A stretch of 64,000 nucleotides of DNA from Pomacea canaliculata. Its lineage: Eukaryota. The notes below the pieces were generated by a model that made no database searches, had not been told where the DNA came from, and was given only the letters and a program-made list of their open reading frames with translations. The stretch covers positions 29,329,367 to 29,393,366 of the forward strand of contig NC_037593.1 of assembly GCF_003073045.1 (NCBI RefSeq), given 5' to 3'. Position 1 is the stretch's first letter; each line of letters starts with the position of its first letter. Both the position numbers and the translations under genes were made by a program. Of the stretch, positions 1-12,707 are shown in pieces.

Positions 1-360
1 GGAGATAATCACATAGCAAGGGCAATGAAGATGTTGACAGCTTGAGTAACTGCCATTGTACTGACCATGAGCTGGCCCAGGATGTAATCCCGGACTAAAA
101 TGTGTATTAAATAAATACACTTTATGCAGTAATAAGTACAACGAAATAGACGCATACACTCACCCACCAACGGAATAAGAATAGACACAGACTCATGTCA
201 ACACATATAACTTCAAACTCTTGCGAACTTAAAAGGAAAGAGAATGAAGAAGTAAAGGACGAAAGATGAGGTAAAAGAGAAGGTCTGCTATAATGACCCG
301 CTTTTATCTCTGCTAAAACCTGCAAAATACATGATTCGGGAGAAAAGCACAATCACTAAC

Positions 361-687
361 AGTCGCCTTCGAAGAACAGGTCGAAGAAGTCATTGAACTC
401 CATGTCATGCACCACGTGGTCCTCGTTGCTCTTGAGGTGGTAGTAGTAGGACACGCACGTGTCTTTGGGGTTGCGGTACACGTGCACCACCTTTGTCCTT
501 CGCTCCTTCATCTCTTGCCATGGCAGCATGAAGACAGGCAGGTGTGAGTTGAGGAGTCGTGGGGACGGCACGGAGTCCAATTTGTCCAGCTCGATCGACT
601 CGACCATGAAGTGCTCCTTGGGACGAACATCATACTCAGCCTTCCCCTGCTTCAACATGGAGATCACCTCCCAGAGCCAGTGAGTTC
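361..687 (-). CDS. SULT-1 coding exon 2 (PSB loop to catalytic His to 3'-PB region)
   Basis: AG acceptor 'cctcag|GAACTCACTGG'. Encodes '(G)THWLWEVISMLKQGKAEYD..NSHLPVFMLPWQEMKERRTKVVHVYRNPKDTCVSYYYH..FFEGD(C)'. GTTAGT donor. 327 nt. Confidence 0.8.
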
Positions 688-1556
688 CTGAGGATGTCAT
701 TGAAACGTTTTATATGCCATGTAGGTGTCTATCATCAGGTTTAATGTATCTATATATTCATGTACGAATAAAGAAAAATTTACTGCTTTTGGCTTTGCGT
801 TCAATGTGGAAATCGACTACATCTTAAAATATGAAATGATAACACTTTATACTAAGTTGTAAACAGTACTAAAGACATCTGGCTAAGTAAGGTACGACAA
901 ATCGAGAATGTCTCAGATTGTAAAGGCGGATAGATGATTTAGTAATCATTGGTATATACTTAAGTCTTATATCTTTAAGCTGACAACAATGAGAAAGGTG
1001 CAGTTCACGATCTTGTTTGCTATGGTGAAGAGGGCATTTAAAATCTGGGTCTGTTCTTTACCCAACCTGTAAGTTTTTAGGTCAGAGATTCCTAATCATC
1101 TGTAATCTAGCAAGGGCACATCTCATTGTCCGCTCATTAACACGGTGCAGGTAGGGTCTATCGTGAAGTTCCGTTTTAAACAATGAACAGTTAGTAACAT
1201 ACCCATGCCAGTTCTAATTGTGACAACATACAAGACAATTAAAAACATGGAGGACTTGGAGCATATCTTCTTGTGATTACTTATCTTCAAACCTATATAT
1301 TCAATAAAATGGACAGTTAATTAACATTTTACGAAATACTTTTAAACCTTGTTTTTGTAAGTGTAATTGTACTGGTGCAGTTTGACCTGGTTATGCAAGG
1401 TGAATAGATGGCGATAGGTGATGATGGTTTCAAAATACATGTAAGTTATTGATATGTAAAGGTCTTTTGCACACTTCTGCCGCACTGATTTGATTTAAAA
1501 CACTTTCTTTACTATAGGCTGACACAGACACATACTTCACATACCACCATACACAC

Positions 1557-1797
1557 CTGCCTTAGGAAAGGCCAACACAAAGATGTCATCATCCCGAAGC
1601 GGTAGTTTGCGGAGAGCGGCAGCATGATCCTCCCAACTCTTTGGAGGACACTTTGCAGGAACTGGCCAACCCTCCAGAACATAGGAGAGAGGTCGAGGGT
1701 CTTGACCCCAGTAGATAAAGGATCCAGTCGGGGCTTCGTTCTGAGCATCAGCTGTGCTCTGGCCATCGGGAGCAGCCTCAGCCGACTGGAAAGACAT
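1557..1797 (-). CDS. SULT-1 (local label) cytosolic sulfotransferase, coding exon 1 of 5 (gene truncated by window start; exons 3-5 lie beyond position 1)
   Basis: ATG at 1797 (minus). Encodes 'MSFQSAEAAPDGQ..FIYWGQDPRPLSYVLEGW..LRDDDIFVLAFPKA(G)'. GT donor after split Gly codon (phase 1). Matches ORF 1537..1797. Confidence 0.75.
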
Positions 1798-3217
1798 GCC
1801 GGTATGTCTGCAGGTCCTGCTTCAGTGACAAAGAATAATTTCTCTCAGGTTTTAGTTCAACAATTATCTCGTGTTTATTCTCTCGACTCCTCTAAATGAC
1901 AAATAATTTGATAATAACTAAAGTTTATGAAACATACCTACCGCGTTCAAAAACTGCTGTAAATTATGTCTTGAAACCGCACCCTTTTCAGTAGAGGCTA
2001 GCAGATGTTAACCCTTTTGGGGAAACCATTCATGCGATTCAATCTCCGAAGACGATCCTCAGTTTAGGAGAGCAGTGTTGATGGGCATTAAATGCATGAG
2101 TAGAAGATAAACCACATGAATAAAATGTTGCCGGATGTTTTCGCTTGTTGGAGTCTGCGAATCAAATGGCTGGTCAAGAAACCCTTGATCGCTCACGTGA
2201 GCAGGCGAGCCTGCATACACACTGTGTCGCAATCGTGTCACATCCAGGCACGTGATTCTTTTAATATTGTATCGCACGTGATCATACAGTACCGATAGCA
2301 AAAACACAAATCATGTAACTTTATTCTTTACCTCTCTGATGTCACCTGATAAAGACTGCCAGGCCGTCACGTCAATCACGTGACTCAAACCACATCTCTC
2401 ACAACTTGCGGCTGACCTTTATCACCTTTGTCAACTCCATCACCAGTTTAGTGATGAATGTCAACTGCTGCTCTGTGCGCGCGCCATTGCGATGGGATGT
2501 CTTGTTTCTGTATTTTCGAGCGTTGATGAATGCAAGGTTTGTGGAGAGTTGTAGCACCATGCTAGCCAGGTAGCTGCACTGATTGTAGAAGATGTTCATC
2601 CGCTAAGCCGTCAATTCAATCAGCAAATAATCATCATCTTTTTCCTAACTTTCCCCAGTTTACTTTCCTGTCGCCTTGGTTATCTAGTTTCTGTCTGAGT
2701 GCAATAAACTATCTCAGCAAGCACATATCGGAGGGGATAGAAAACTGGTGTCTGAAACCAGAGGCGCACCGTTTCAAAACCCTTGTAGCACAGCAAACAT
2801 TCTCTCAATCGACACAGCTGTCAGAGATGGGCACACGACTTCACAGAGAGTTGAGGCAATAAGAAGAAGGAAAAGGCAACCGTTCTCACAAAAACAAGTC
2901 CCAAAGGAAAGTGAGTTGTCTAACATTTTCCTCCCCAAAAGATCGGAAGAGGATAGCAGGCAACCTTGATCATTTATACAACATTAGTACAGTCATCGTA
3001 GTAACCCTCGTCGCTGTTATCCTCATCATAAAGACACAGATTCATACAATTTTCGGATCATTTATTAACATTCGCTATGTGTCCATATATTTTCATCCAA
3101 TGCACTCCAATGTGTTCTGTCATGCGAGACACACGTTGTTAACCAACTGCATCAAACGCTCATATGAAATGAGTAAAGTTCGCGAGCGTTTGATGGAAAC
3201 CTATACCAGGTCATAGT

Positions 3218-3327
3218 TCACGAATATTGAAGAACATATGGCAATCCTTCCATCCGTTCTTTAATGATGGCGTCCATTTTTTCGCTCATGGCCACCGTGA
3301 AGTAGTTCTTCCAGTCTCCTATCTCCC
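3218..3327 (-). CDS. SULT-2 coding exon 5 (3'-PB '[13 protein letters not shown]' and C-terminus)
   Basis: '(G)[35 protein letters not shown]'. TGA stop at 3218-3220. 110 nt. Sum of exons = 984 nt = 328 codons. Confidence 0.8.
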
Positions 3328-3360
3328 CTTCAAGAATACAAGGATTGGGATATGGTTAGA

Positions 3361-3470
3361 GAGCATTACAAATTGACACACGCACACCGTCTCGCTCTCT
3401 GTCTCTCTTTCTCTCTCGCTCTCTCTCTCTCTGTCTCTTTCAACGCGCTTCGTATTCATCCACACAATTT
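3361..3470. repeat. Imperfect (CT)n/(CTCTGT)n microsatellite in SULT-2 intron 4
   Basis: 'cgtctcgctctctgtctctctttctctctcgctctctctctctctgtctctttc'. Confidence 0.8.
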
Positions 3471-3560
3471 CCTTGTGCGCTGACCGGTAAAAAAAAATTA
3501 TTTTAAAGTGCATTCATTGAGAAATATTTAGCATTTAATGCTGGCACAGCTGTGACTGAC

Positions 3561-3756
3561 CTTTTCGATAAAACTTGGAGTAATTTTTCTTCTTATCTCC
3601 ATCTTCATCTTTATCTGGAGGACGCACGGGCACTTTGAGTTCTGCCCCCTTCTTCAAGTTGTTGAAGCTGCAGGCGTCGGCGATCTCTTCACACAGAGAG
3701 TCGCTGACATTCAGCTCCAAGAAAACAGCCAGCTTCTTCACATTTTCAACAGGGTT
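3561..3756 (-). CDS. SULT-2 coding exon 4
   Basis: 'tctcatag|AACCCTGTTGAAAATGTG'. 'NPVENVKKLAVFLELNVSDSLCEEIADACSFNNLKKGAELKVPVRPPDKDEDGDKKKNYSKFYRK(G)'. GTCAGT donor. 196 nt. Confidence 0.8.
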
Positions 3757-4043
3757 CTATGAGATAACAACGAAAATATGTCAGCAATGAAATAAAGGGT
3801 TTCAGCAGCTTTAGACACGTGTAAAAATCCTGCTCTTGCCCAATGTCTTTCTTTGTGTGAACGAAATGACAAACGGATGTCGATGAACTTATATTACAAT
3901 ATTATTATTATACGTAGAAAAAGATATAAAAAAGATTTAAAACAAAACGAATATTGGCTCAGCAGACGTTAGGAATTTGTTTTAATTGTTGGATCATCAA
4001 CATCAGTCGTGTATGGGGGTGGGAGACTTGTACATGCACTAAC

Positions 4044-4147
4044 CTTTTTCATGTCTTCGAAAGACAATGACAGCATAGGCATATCTTTGTTCTCTACAGT
4101 GAATGTGAAAACTTGTTTAAGGTGCGTGAAGTAGTTGCCGTGGTTGC
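4044..4147 (-). CDS. SULT-2 coding exon 3
   Basis: 'tttccag|GC..' acceptor. '(C)NHGNYFTHLKQVFTFTVENKDMPMLSLSFEDMKK'. GTTAGT donor. 104 nt. Phase 1 to phase 0. Confidence 0.8.
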
Positions 4148-4566
4148 CTGGAAAGAGATAATATATAATCAATGAACAAACAACATCTGTCCTAGCCCTT
4201 TCTAGAAGTATCCGCGGCTTTAAGACCCAATGTGAAATATTTGACCAAGTTTGGAAACGCCTTTACATGGCGGTTATATCAAACACATGTGTTCTTTCAT
4301 GCGAGACGCACGTTAATAAAAATGTAAAAGTGTCATCTCGGAGCCTCAAGGAACAACTGTAAAAAAAAAAATGCTACAATAGGCAGCAACTACAGGTTCA
4401 TCTTGCTTACACTATAAGTGTAAACAAGTAAACAAAGAATGGAAAAGAGAGAGATTGAAAGGAGATATACACCAGTTACAAGAAATGTGTGGACTGAGCA
4501 CTCGCTAATATGACTGTTGCGGGAAGTAAACTATACCCATCAGGGAAAAGCAATATTATCACTAAC

Positions 4567-4893
4567 ATTCTTCTTGGAAGAACAGATCGCAGAAGTCCTT
4601 GAACTCCATGCCATGCACCACGTTGTCCTCGTTGCCACCGAGGTGGTGGTAGTAGGACACGCACGAGTCCTTGGGGTTGCGGTACACGAACACTACCTTC
4701 GTCCTTCGCTCCTTCATCTGTTGCCATGGCAGCATAAAGAAAGGCAAATGTGAGTTAAGGACTCGGGGGGAAGGCATGGAGGTCAGTTTGTCCAGCTCGG
4801 TCATCTCGACCATCAAATGCTCCTTGGGGCGAACATCATACTCAGCCTTCCCCTGCATCAGCATAGAGATCACCTCCCACAGCCAGTGAGTTC
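4567..4893 (-). CDS. SULT-2 coding exon 2
   Basis: Acceptor 'ctgcag|GAACTCACTGG'. '(G)THWLWEVISMLMQGKAEYDVRPKEHLMVEM..NSHLPFFMLPWQQMKERRTKVVFVYRNPKDSCVSYYHH..FFQEE(C)'. GTTAGT donor. 327 nt. Matches ORF 4562..4873. Confidence 0.85.
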
Positions 4894-5186
4894 CTGCAGT
4901 TGGAGTCGTCCCAACATTTTAATTCGTTGGACATCATTTCTTTGAACGGTGTATATATCATATATAATTCTTCTTAAAACACAGAAAAAAAGATATCTCC
5001 ATATTTTATATTTTCATGCTTTATTACTTGTTTAATGACTTTAAATTATAGTTTTGTTCGAGTTGCTATACAGAGCTACTTGAGGTAAAGCCACTTTACA
5101 GACCAGCTTTAGAATAAGCCACTAAAGAGACCTACTTTTGGATATACCAATATAGAAACCTGCTGTTAAAAGGTCTCTATACAAAC

Positions 5187-5433
5187 CTGCTTTAGGATAG
5201 GCTAACACAAAGATGTCATCATTTCGGAGAGGCAATCTACGAAGTGCGGTAATGTGAGCCTCCCAACTCTTTGAACCTCGACAGTGTGGGGGAAGAGCCC
5301 ACCCCTCAAGAATGTATGTGAAAGGTCGAGGGTCTTGACCTAGAAAGCGTAAGGTGCCAGCCGGGATGTCCTCCTTAGCATCAGCCTTGGTCTGGTCGCC
5401 TGAATCCTCCTCCTCCTTCTGAATGGAAGACAT
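5187..5433 (-). CDS. SULT-2 cytosolic sulfotransferase, coding exon 1 of 5
   Basis: ATG at 5433 (minus) 'MSSIQKEEEDSGDQ..FLGQDPRPFTYILEGWALPP..LRNDDIFVLAYPKA(G)'. GTTTGT donor. Phase 1. Confidence 0.75.
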
Positions 5434-7195
5434 GCTGGCACGTCTGCACGTGCTGCTGCACCAGACGAGTTTCATGTTAGTTCAACAGTTTCCGTGGGCG
5501 CAGAGACTTACAGATTTCATTCACATGCACTGTCTCTTTCTTCATCTCATTCACACTCACTTGAGTGTCTGTCTATCACTATCTCTCACTCACACACTCA
5601 TTCTCTCTCTTTTTTTTTTTTTGTCTGAAATGCTCGTGTAAAGGAACATTGTAACATGCATCTACAGTCTCTGAAGAAAATAAGTTAAATCAAGATATTT
5701 ATTTGAACTAGCCACTACATAATGACAGGTGAGATTCAAGGTGATGAAGACAGATACAAACAGACAGCAAGAATAAACTTTAGAAACAAAGAGAGTCGAG
5801 AGTCTTTGACCGGATAAGACAATATACACATCGCCGCATGTATCACACTCATTCAAAGCTTCCCTGTACTAAAATACTAAACTATCTCAACAGTCATTCA
5901 CTTTAATATACTTTGATGGGTTCCTCGAAAAAATATGCTTAGTTTTAGAATTAAGGCGAATAAGGAAGCAAAGGTGAATGTAAGGCTTACAAACCACACG
6001 CAAGCGAGCGGATACCAGTTGTGGTGTAATGCAACCACTTCACTATGGCGGACGCAGACAGAAGCAGACGTCAACCAAAGCCAATGGTGGAATAATCTTT
6101 CCTACGATGATTTCTGAAAAAGCTGCAAAGTCGTGTCGCGCGGTGCTGGTGGTCGTTAGACAGTCTGTTAGGCGGCAAATGGAAATGTGTAACAAACTGC
6201 CCGCCGCCCTCGACTACAGGCCGAGCCGCTGAGCTGCTTTTCCGCCTGTGTCAAGACTGTGTAGCGTGTTTCTGTCACGTGATTCTATGAATAGCGCACA
6301 CTCACGTCATGTGACTCGTTCTGACATCACGGCTTTTATCCTGAACTGAATGTCGTCTGCTTTTGTTTGGCGATGAAATGACAGATGTGTGGTGCACGAT
6401 GGGATGTGCTAAGAGGCTCGCAGCATGCTAGATCATCATAGGAGAGGCCGCCATCGATCCGCTGATCGCAGACTGTAGAGGTTGACCTTGATGACCTCGA
6501 TCCGTTACCGCTAGAGCTCATGTCGTCTGCTGCTGGGCTTCTTTGTATCTCGTGGCCATTTGTGGGTCTGTAAACTTAATTGTTGTATGTATGATGAATA
6601 TGTTTATATGCGATTCTGTCGGCAATGACAGGTCGTCTGTGTTCGCGATGTGTGTGTGTCGGCAATGAAAGGTCGTATGTGTTCCTGATGTTCGTGTATG
6701 TCACTGTATTTGTAGCGTGCGTGTGTCTGTGTATGTGTATGTGATGTTGTCTAAGATATGCGTTCCTGTATGTGTGACTGTGTCTGCGATATGCATAATT
6801 GTGGTGTTTGCGTGCATGTGCGTGAGTGTGTATGACGTTAGGGTTTCTTGTGTTTAATATTTAAAGCAAAAAGCAGCTTTATAAATAACAAAGCATAATA
6901 TAAACCAGAGCTATTTTTATTACATGTTGTTCATGCCTTTTTTTTCCGAAACCGCTCTACCTGTAGTCCCGTGGCATATTATTCCACATAATATAGTGCC
7001 TCGGCCTTATCGGAAAATTTTATGAGGGTTGAAATGTTATCTATAAATCTTCAGATTACTAGTCACTCTTGACATCTATTGTTCACACCAGTAATATTGT
7101 AGCCAGCTATTAGTCACCGCCATCTGGAATACAGTAGCCACTGATCGCCATTTTAACACTCGAAATATTGCAGTGATGAGTCTGGATTTAGTTCT

Positions 7196-7305
7196 TTATG
7201 AGTACTGGAGGATGTAAGGAAGGCCTTCCATCTGCTTCTCTATGAATGGGTCAACTCTTTCACTCATAGCTACTGTAAAGTAGTTTTTCCAGTCGCCAAT
7301 CTCTC
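7196..7305 (-). CDS. SULT-3 coding exon 5
   Basis: 'ttttcag|GAGAGATTGGCGACTGG'. '(G)[35 protein letters not shown]'. TAA stop at 7196-7198. Exon sum 993 nt = 331 codons. Confidence 0.85.
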
Positions 7306-7768
7306 CTGAAAATAAAAGAAGGAAAGACTGTATTACAGGCGATAGTTGTTAGGGGGACAGTTTCGTAGAGCATGTCTCAGGATCATTACTTCCAAACACG
7401 CAAACACACAAACACACTGAAGTAACACTAGAGGCAGACAAGCTCTTTTTCCAACCTTTTCTTCAGTGTCTGGTAATTTTGTGCATGTATGATGTTAAAA
7501 TTTTCACTCTTTTTCTAACTTTAAATAGTTCCGAAATGGCTCAGATTATCACCGACCATGTTTAATGATTTCTAATCAAGTGATAAGACTGTCAACGGTC
7601 GAAATTTTTTTCTCTCATTTCTCTTCTCTCTGTGTGTTTACGAGCGAGCACTTAGTCATTGACAAATTGTGTGTTTAATTGATGTGCTTCAAACGATTTT
7701 AAACATGTGACTCAAAGCAAAAACAAAACAAAAATAGAAATCCTTTCTACAATATCGCGCCCTCTGAC

Positions 7769-7982
7769 CTTTTCTGTAAGATCTTGAGTGTCTAGGTTTT
7801 CTTTGTTCGTCGCCATTGACTTCTCTGTTGGGATGATGATGAGGAGGATGGTCGCGGGTTTTGAACTCTGCATTCTTCTTCAGGTTCTCAAAGTTGCATG
7901 CCTCAGCAATGTCTTCACAAATCGCATCGGAAATGTCGATCTCCAGGAATTTTGCCAACTTCTTTACATTTTGTGCGGGGTT
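7769..7982 (-). CDS. SULT-3 coding exon 4 (contains His/Pro-rich variable linker)
   Basis: 'ctcag|AACCCCGCACAAAATG'. 'NPAQNVKKLAKFLEIDISDAICEDIAEACNFENLKKNAEFKTRDHPPHHHPNREVNGDEQRKPRHSRSYRK(G)'. GTCAGA donor. 214 nt. Verified by hand translation. Confidence 0.85.
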
Positions 7983-8229
7983 CTGAGAAGAATACAGGAA
8001 TGAGGAGGTCATGTATGTTATTAAAGAATGGATTTTAGCTAGGGAATATTTCAAAATATATTTAAGCGTAGTGTGATTTAATACGCTATTATTCAAAGGC
8101 ATTGCAGAAATTAAATCTACACTGACATTTCAGGTACATAATAAAAATAAAACATAAAAATAAAAAAGTAATAAGTAAAATTTCTTTAAATTGTGGATAA
8201 TATTATTTATGGTTAAACTGTGAACTAAC

Positions 8230-8333
8230 CTTTTTCATGTCTTCAAAAGACAGAGAAAGTATAGGTACATCTGGATTGTCTCGAGTGAATGCATACATTT
8301 GCTTCATGTACTCGAAGTAGTTGTCAAAGTGTA
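8230..8333 (-). CDS. SULT-3 coding exon 3
   Basis: 'gtttcag|TACACTTTGACAAC'. '(L)HFDNYFEYMKQMYAFTRDNPDVPILSLSFEDMKK'. GTTAGT donor. 104 nt. Confidence 0.8.
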
Positions 8334-8624
8334 CTGAAACAGGGAAATAACTCATGTGAGTAAAACTGCATCACTTAGAAAAATTACCTCCCTTAAATAG
8401 CGTAGTCACTGTGGCTAATCAGCTGTGAGCCTACAGAAAAATACACAGCAATACTTATAAAATGTAACTCGACAGGAGAAATATAATACAGCCATCAGCA
8501 AGAGAGAAAACATAGGAAGAATGTTATAAATGTAACTATAGTCGTGTGCCCTGTATTGTTTTAAAAGTTTAGTCACGTGAAACATGAATGAATCATACAG
8601 AAATATGCAGAAAACCATGCCCAC

Positions 8625-8951
8625 ACTTTCCGTAGAAGTACAGCTCCAGATAATCGCTGAAGACCATGTCATTGAACAAGTCGCCATCTCTTCCTTTCAT
8701 GTGATGAAAATATGACACACACGAATCTTTGGGATTTCGGTACACGTGTAGCACCTTTGACCTTTTCTCCTTTATCTGCTTCCATGGTAACATGGAGAAC
8801 GGTAGGTGTGAGTTGAACATCCTGGGGGAGGGGATTTGCTGTAGTTTGTCAAAGTCACTGAACTCCATCATCAACTGTTCCTTAGGACGACTGTCGTACT
8901 CGGCTGTGCCCCGCACCAGCATAGACAGCACCTCCCACAGCCAGTGAGTGC
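8625..8951 (-). CDS. SULT-3 coding exon 2
   Basis: 'ttcccag|GCACTCACTGG'. '(G)THWLWEVLSMLVRGTAEYDSRPKEQLMMEF..NSHLPFSMLPWKQIKEKRSKVLHVYRNPKDSCVSYFHHMKGRDGDLFNDMVFSDYLELYFYGK(C)'. Donor GTGGGC (weak). 327 nt. Confidence 0.8.
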
Positions 8952-9185
8952 CTGGGAAGTTAATAAAATCGTTATTTTATAATCTTTCCCTTTTTCATAG
9001 TGGCATTCATCTAGAATGGTGGAATTAGTAGCTTTACCCCCGCATTAGAAAAATAATTGCTCCCTAGTACTCATTTAAAGGATGATCAAAAACGAGAAAT
9101 AGAAGGGAGCCTATACGGTTTGCTGGGAAGGAGGGAAGAAAGTAGTAGGTCAAGCAGAACGACGACACGACAAGGACTCACGCAC

Positions 9186-9423
9186 CTGCCTTAGGATAGG
9201 CGCAGAGGAAAATGTCGTCGTCACGGAGCTGCAGAGAACGAAGGTTAGCGATGTGAGTCTCCCAACTCGTCAATCGTGGACGTTTCGGGGGGAGTGCCCA
9301 TCCTTCGAGGGTATAATTCAAAGGCCGAGGATCGTCTCCGAGAAAGTTCAAACTTCCAGTCTCGCCAATGAAAGCCTCAGATCCTGTGTCGTCTGCTAGC
9401 TTCTGCGGATTTTCTGACGCCAT
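9186..9423 (-). CDS. SULT-3 cytosolic sulfotransferase, coding exon 1 of 5
   Basis: ATG at 9423 (minus) 'MASENPQKLADDTGSEAFIGETGSLNFLGDDPRPLNYTLEGWALPPKRPRLTSWETHIANLRSLQLRDDDIFLCAYPKA(G)'. GTGCGT donor. Matches ORF 9178..9423. Confidence 0.8.
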
Positions 9424-10989
9424 GTTGTTAGCTTCTCTGAAAGCAAGATTCTGCTGTCGTGTCCGTAATCATGGAAGTAAAATAACAAAATAAAGTCAAA
9501 TAAAAGTTGAATATACAGAAAATATTTCTCATTTTAACTAGCCAAACACCTCGTGATCCACTTTTTACATCGGTACACATGCAGTAAACGATATGGTGAA
9601 CTGTCGATAAACTACTAAACTTTTTATTACGAGGTTCATGTTTGCTGCACTCTTACACAGCAACTGTATCTGTCATGTCAGATTATACAAACAACATTAC
9701 TATTTCCTCTTAGAATGTTTAACCCCTGACCTCTCATCTATAATGTTTCTGCTTTATGAGTTAAATGACAACATCCACAACTGAATGAATGTACACATGC
9801 GAAAAACACATTTTATCAAAGCTTTACGGTCATACCTGACTGACTACGGATAAAGAAGAAAAGGAAGTCCTCGAACACTTGGTCTTCAAGACTCCAGCGT
9901 CTGACTGTATATGCTCTGTGCTGTCTTCTGGTTAAAACTGTTTTCTGTATGATGGTACAGGTCTAGTCCTTGCCCACGGCAAACGTTTGTCACCGTTAAC
10001 TAACCGACACACTCTTTAAATAGCGGGTCGTACTCAATGCTGACCTCAAGGAGATAATGATCTCTAATCAGGTTCTTACATCTCGTTATATCTCTAACTC
10101 TGTGAGATGATTATTTCTGCCTCAGCACTCTTGGCTGGATAATGAGGCTCGCGACAAGATTGCCGCCATTTTGAACTAATTATAAAGTGATCCTGAGTTA
10201 TTTTGTTTTGGAGTATTCTAAATATAAAGTTATTTTTTCATTCGAGAATTTGTCATAAGCAAGAAAAAGAGTTGTGGGTTTTCTTGTGCTGAAAAGATCA
10301 CCTTAACCCTCGTCTCTACTAATCCTAGGGTAAACAAACCCTCTGTCTTATTGAAGACATGTTCTACATGTATTTGGATTGGAGCACCCAGCGTATTTGC
10401 TCACGTGTTGTCAACAAGAACAGTTTCAGAAGTTAAAATTATGTTTATCTTCCTACTAGATTAAATTTGCTTTTACGTATATCAAGGTGAAGGCTCTGAT
10501 TTGTGATAGAAATTTTTTTTTAATTCAGTAAGCACAAAGCATTGCCGTGAGAATATCACCCGATGTGATCTCAGGGTGGGACACATAAAAGCTGGCGGTT
10601 ATAAAGCGGGTCTTTCACACGACGGGTAGGAATTTATGGGTGGGATAGTCGACTGGCTTACTGGAGGAACATGATTTTCTCCAGACAGAAAGTACACACT
10701 AAACGCTTAGCCTCAGAAAATAGTTTAGCATGTCTACAAGCGATGATGTAAAGATATCTTTATTTGCTCTACTTAATGTTGCATGAATTACTCTAAGGTC
10801 ATGAACCGTTAGATGTAAGAGATTACTAATCAGCAAACAGCCCTCGGACAATTATGTTGAAAGATGTCGCTGCGTGTACTGTTATCTTCCGGGTAGACTT
10901 ACAGATAGCTTCTCGGTCAATTCTCGGTTGTAAGACCTGGATCGTCAAGGTTCAAGCGAATCGTGCCACATTTCAACCCATGGCGGTCC

Positions 10990-11075
10990 AGACAGGTAGA
11001 TGTCTATCTGGGAGACTGAGCTACATCTTCAACCTTACAGTCACGTGACGAGGCATGTTTTGACCCCTGAACTAC
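10990..11075 (+). repeat. Solo copy of the GTCACGTGAC-bearing repeat arm (same family as 16223-16610)
   Basis: 'gagctacatcttcaaccttacagtcacgtgacgaggcatgttttgacccctga' matches both arms of the 16.2-16.6 kb element. It also matches the downstream 'ttgacccc(t/c)ga' of the left arm. Confidence 0.5.
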
Positions 11076-12223
11076 GGCCGTCCACCCGTGATTTGTACAA
11101 CTGACCATACTCGCTCTGTTCATGATGTAATTTCTTCGGGGAAAAGATTGAGCACTGCAACCACACTATTCTTTTTCATCGTGCAATAATCTCTCGACAG
11201 TCCGATAAAAAGAACCCAACACAAGAAATGTTGGACTAGAGTCACATACCTGTAACTGCAAGGTTTTATCGTAGATGGGATAAGACCCGAATAGCTTGAA
11301 CTTTCCACCTGTTTGGGGGTTTGTTTGTTTTTTTAGAAATAATTTTAATGGTTTTTACACCTGACAACAAAGATCTCTCAAGGTGGCGGTGGTATTTAGT
11401 GGAGGTGGTGCTTTATTTCATTCGGAAGGAAATCGTAAGATCCCTGTTACTGAAACCTACTGATCCCTGATATGCGGAAAGGATTTCATAGTCTTTACTG
11501 CGCGTTTTTCCAAGATTAAGACCGCCCTCACCTTAAGCCTATTGACCTGAAAAAGGTCATGAGATGACCTGTACCCTTACATTACTGATAGTCCATGTCA
11601 GTATTAATGAGTTGTGATGAAGGATTGCCTGCATAACTCATCGCTGTATAAATATGTGGGCTGTGTGAATATTCTGGTTTATACGGACCGTAAATTATAA
11701 CATGTAATTAATATATAATATTCAACATATAATAAGTTTAAATAGTATTTTCCCAGGTTCCTAGCTGAAAGTGCAGATCTGTACACAAATATTGAAACAG
11801 GAAGACAAGACACAAATTTCTGATATGTATTAATTACCAATATGGTGTATATTATAGAATCGCAAGATATGATCAGCATGAGTATAAATTTATTGACAAA
11901 TTTAAAAACAAACACACACATACACACTCTACATGAAAAAGTCCTTAACAGCAAGCCAGAGAATGAACATACTGTCATCTTTATCATTAGAAAATCTGTC
12001 AACTAAATGAAAGGTCCCATTTATGGTATTTAAATATGTAAATCCGCATATATTCATTTCAGTCTTTGCCTCTAGTCTTGTCTAAGAATGTCATAGCCTG
12101 ATGATCATCACTTGTGTCTGTTCTTGACATCTGGAATAATACAGTTTAATTATCACAACTTGTTTCTGTTCTTGACATCCAAGATACCACACGGAATTGT
12201 TAGTTCAGAGTTAGTTCGTGGCT

Positions 12224-12333
12224 TTAGGAGTATTGTAAAATGTAGGGAAGGCCCTCCATCTTTTCCTCTATGAGGGGATCCACTCTTTCGTTCATTTCTG
12301 CTGTGAAGTAGTTCTTCCAATCCCCGATTTCTC
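12224..12333 (-). CDS. SULT-4 coding exon 5
   Basis: 'ttctag|GAGAAATCGGGGATTGG'. '(G)[35 protein letters not shown]'. TAA stop at 12224-12226. Exon sum 996 nt. Confidence 0.85.
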
Positions 12334-12707
12334 CTAGAAAAAAGTGAAGCAAAGATACTGTGGATTTTATACAAATGGATACATATTTTTTATTTCTTAA
12401 TTATATTTTTACTCTCTCACACTCACACGCACGCACACACACACTCACACGCACGTACGCACACATTCATATATATATAAATACACAACATTTATTCACT
12501 CACTCCAACTCCCATATCCAAATTTATCTACCTATTGGTGGTTTTGCGCAAAGTATTTTGTTAATAGGAGTATGATTAGATTCTACCCTAGAATGTAACA
12601 CCTCTTCACTTCAACTTTCATATCTTTCTTCGTGTTTTTGTGTTGAGAAGGCTTCTTTAAAGTACACAGGATTAAGAAAATTTCTGTAATTTGTCACCTT
12701 GTCTCAC

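Noticed and set aside
1-355. Downstream exons 3-5 of SULT-1
   Set aside because: On the minus strand these would lie at coordinates below ~360. The remaining 355 bp show no exon-3-like 'LSFEDMKK' coding segment. The gene is truncated by the window edge.
459-683. Conserved ~70-aa ORFs on the strand opposite each SULT exon 2 ('MG(L/F)RYT..CHG(S/N)..GRCEL..LGRTSYSA(F/L)PC'): 459..683+, 4671..4889+, 8729..8947+, 22788..23006+, 31281..31472-, 60028..60219+
   Set aside because: They are mirror-image ORFs of the highly conserved sulfotransferase exon 2. Their conservation is fully explained by the sense-strand coding sequence. They have no splice or start context of their own.
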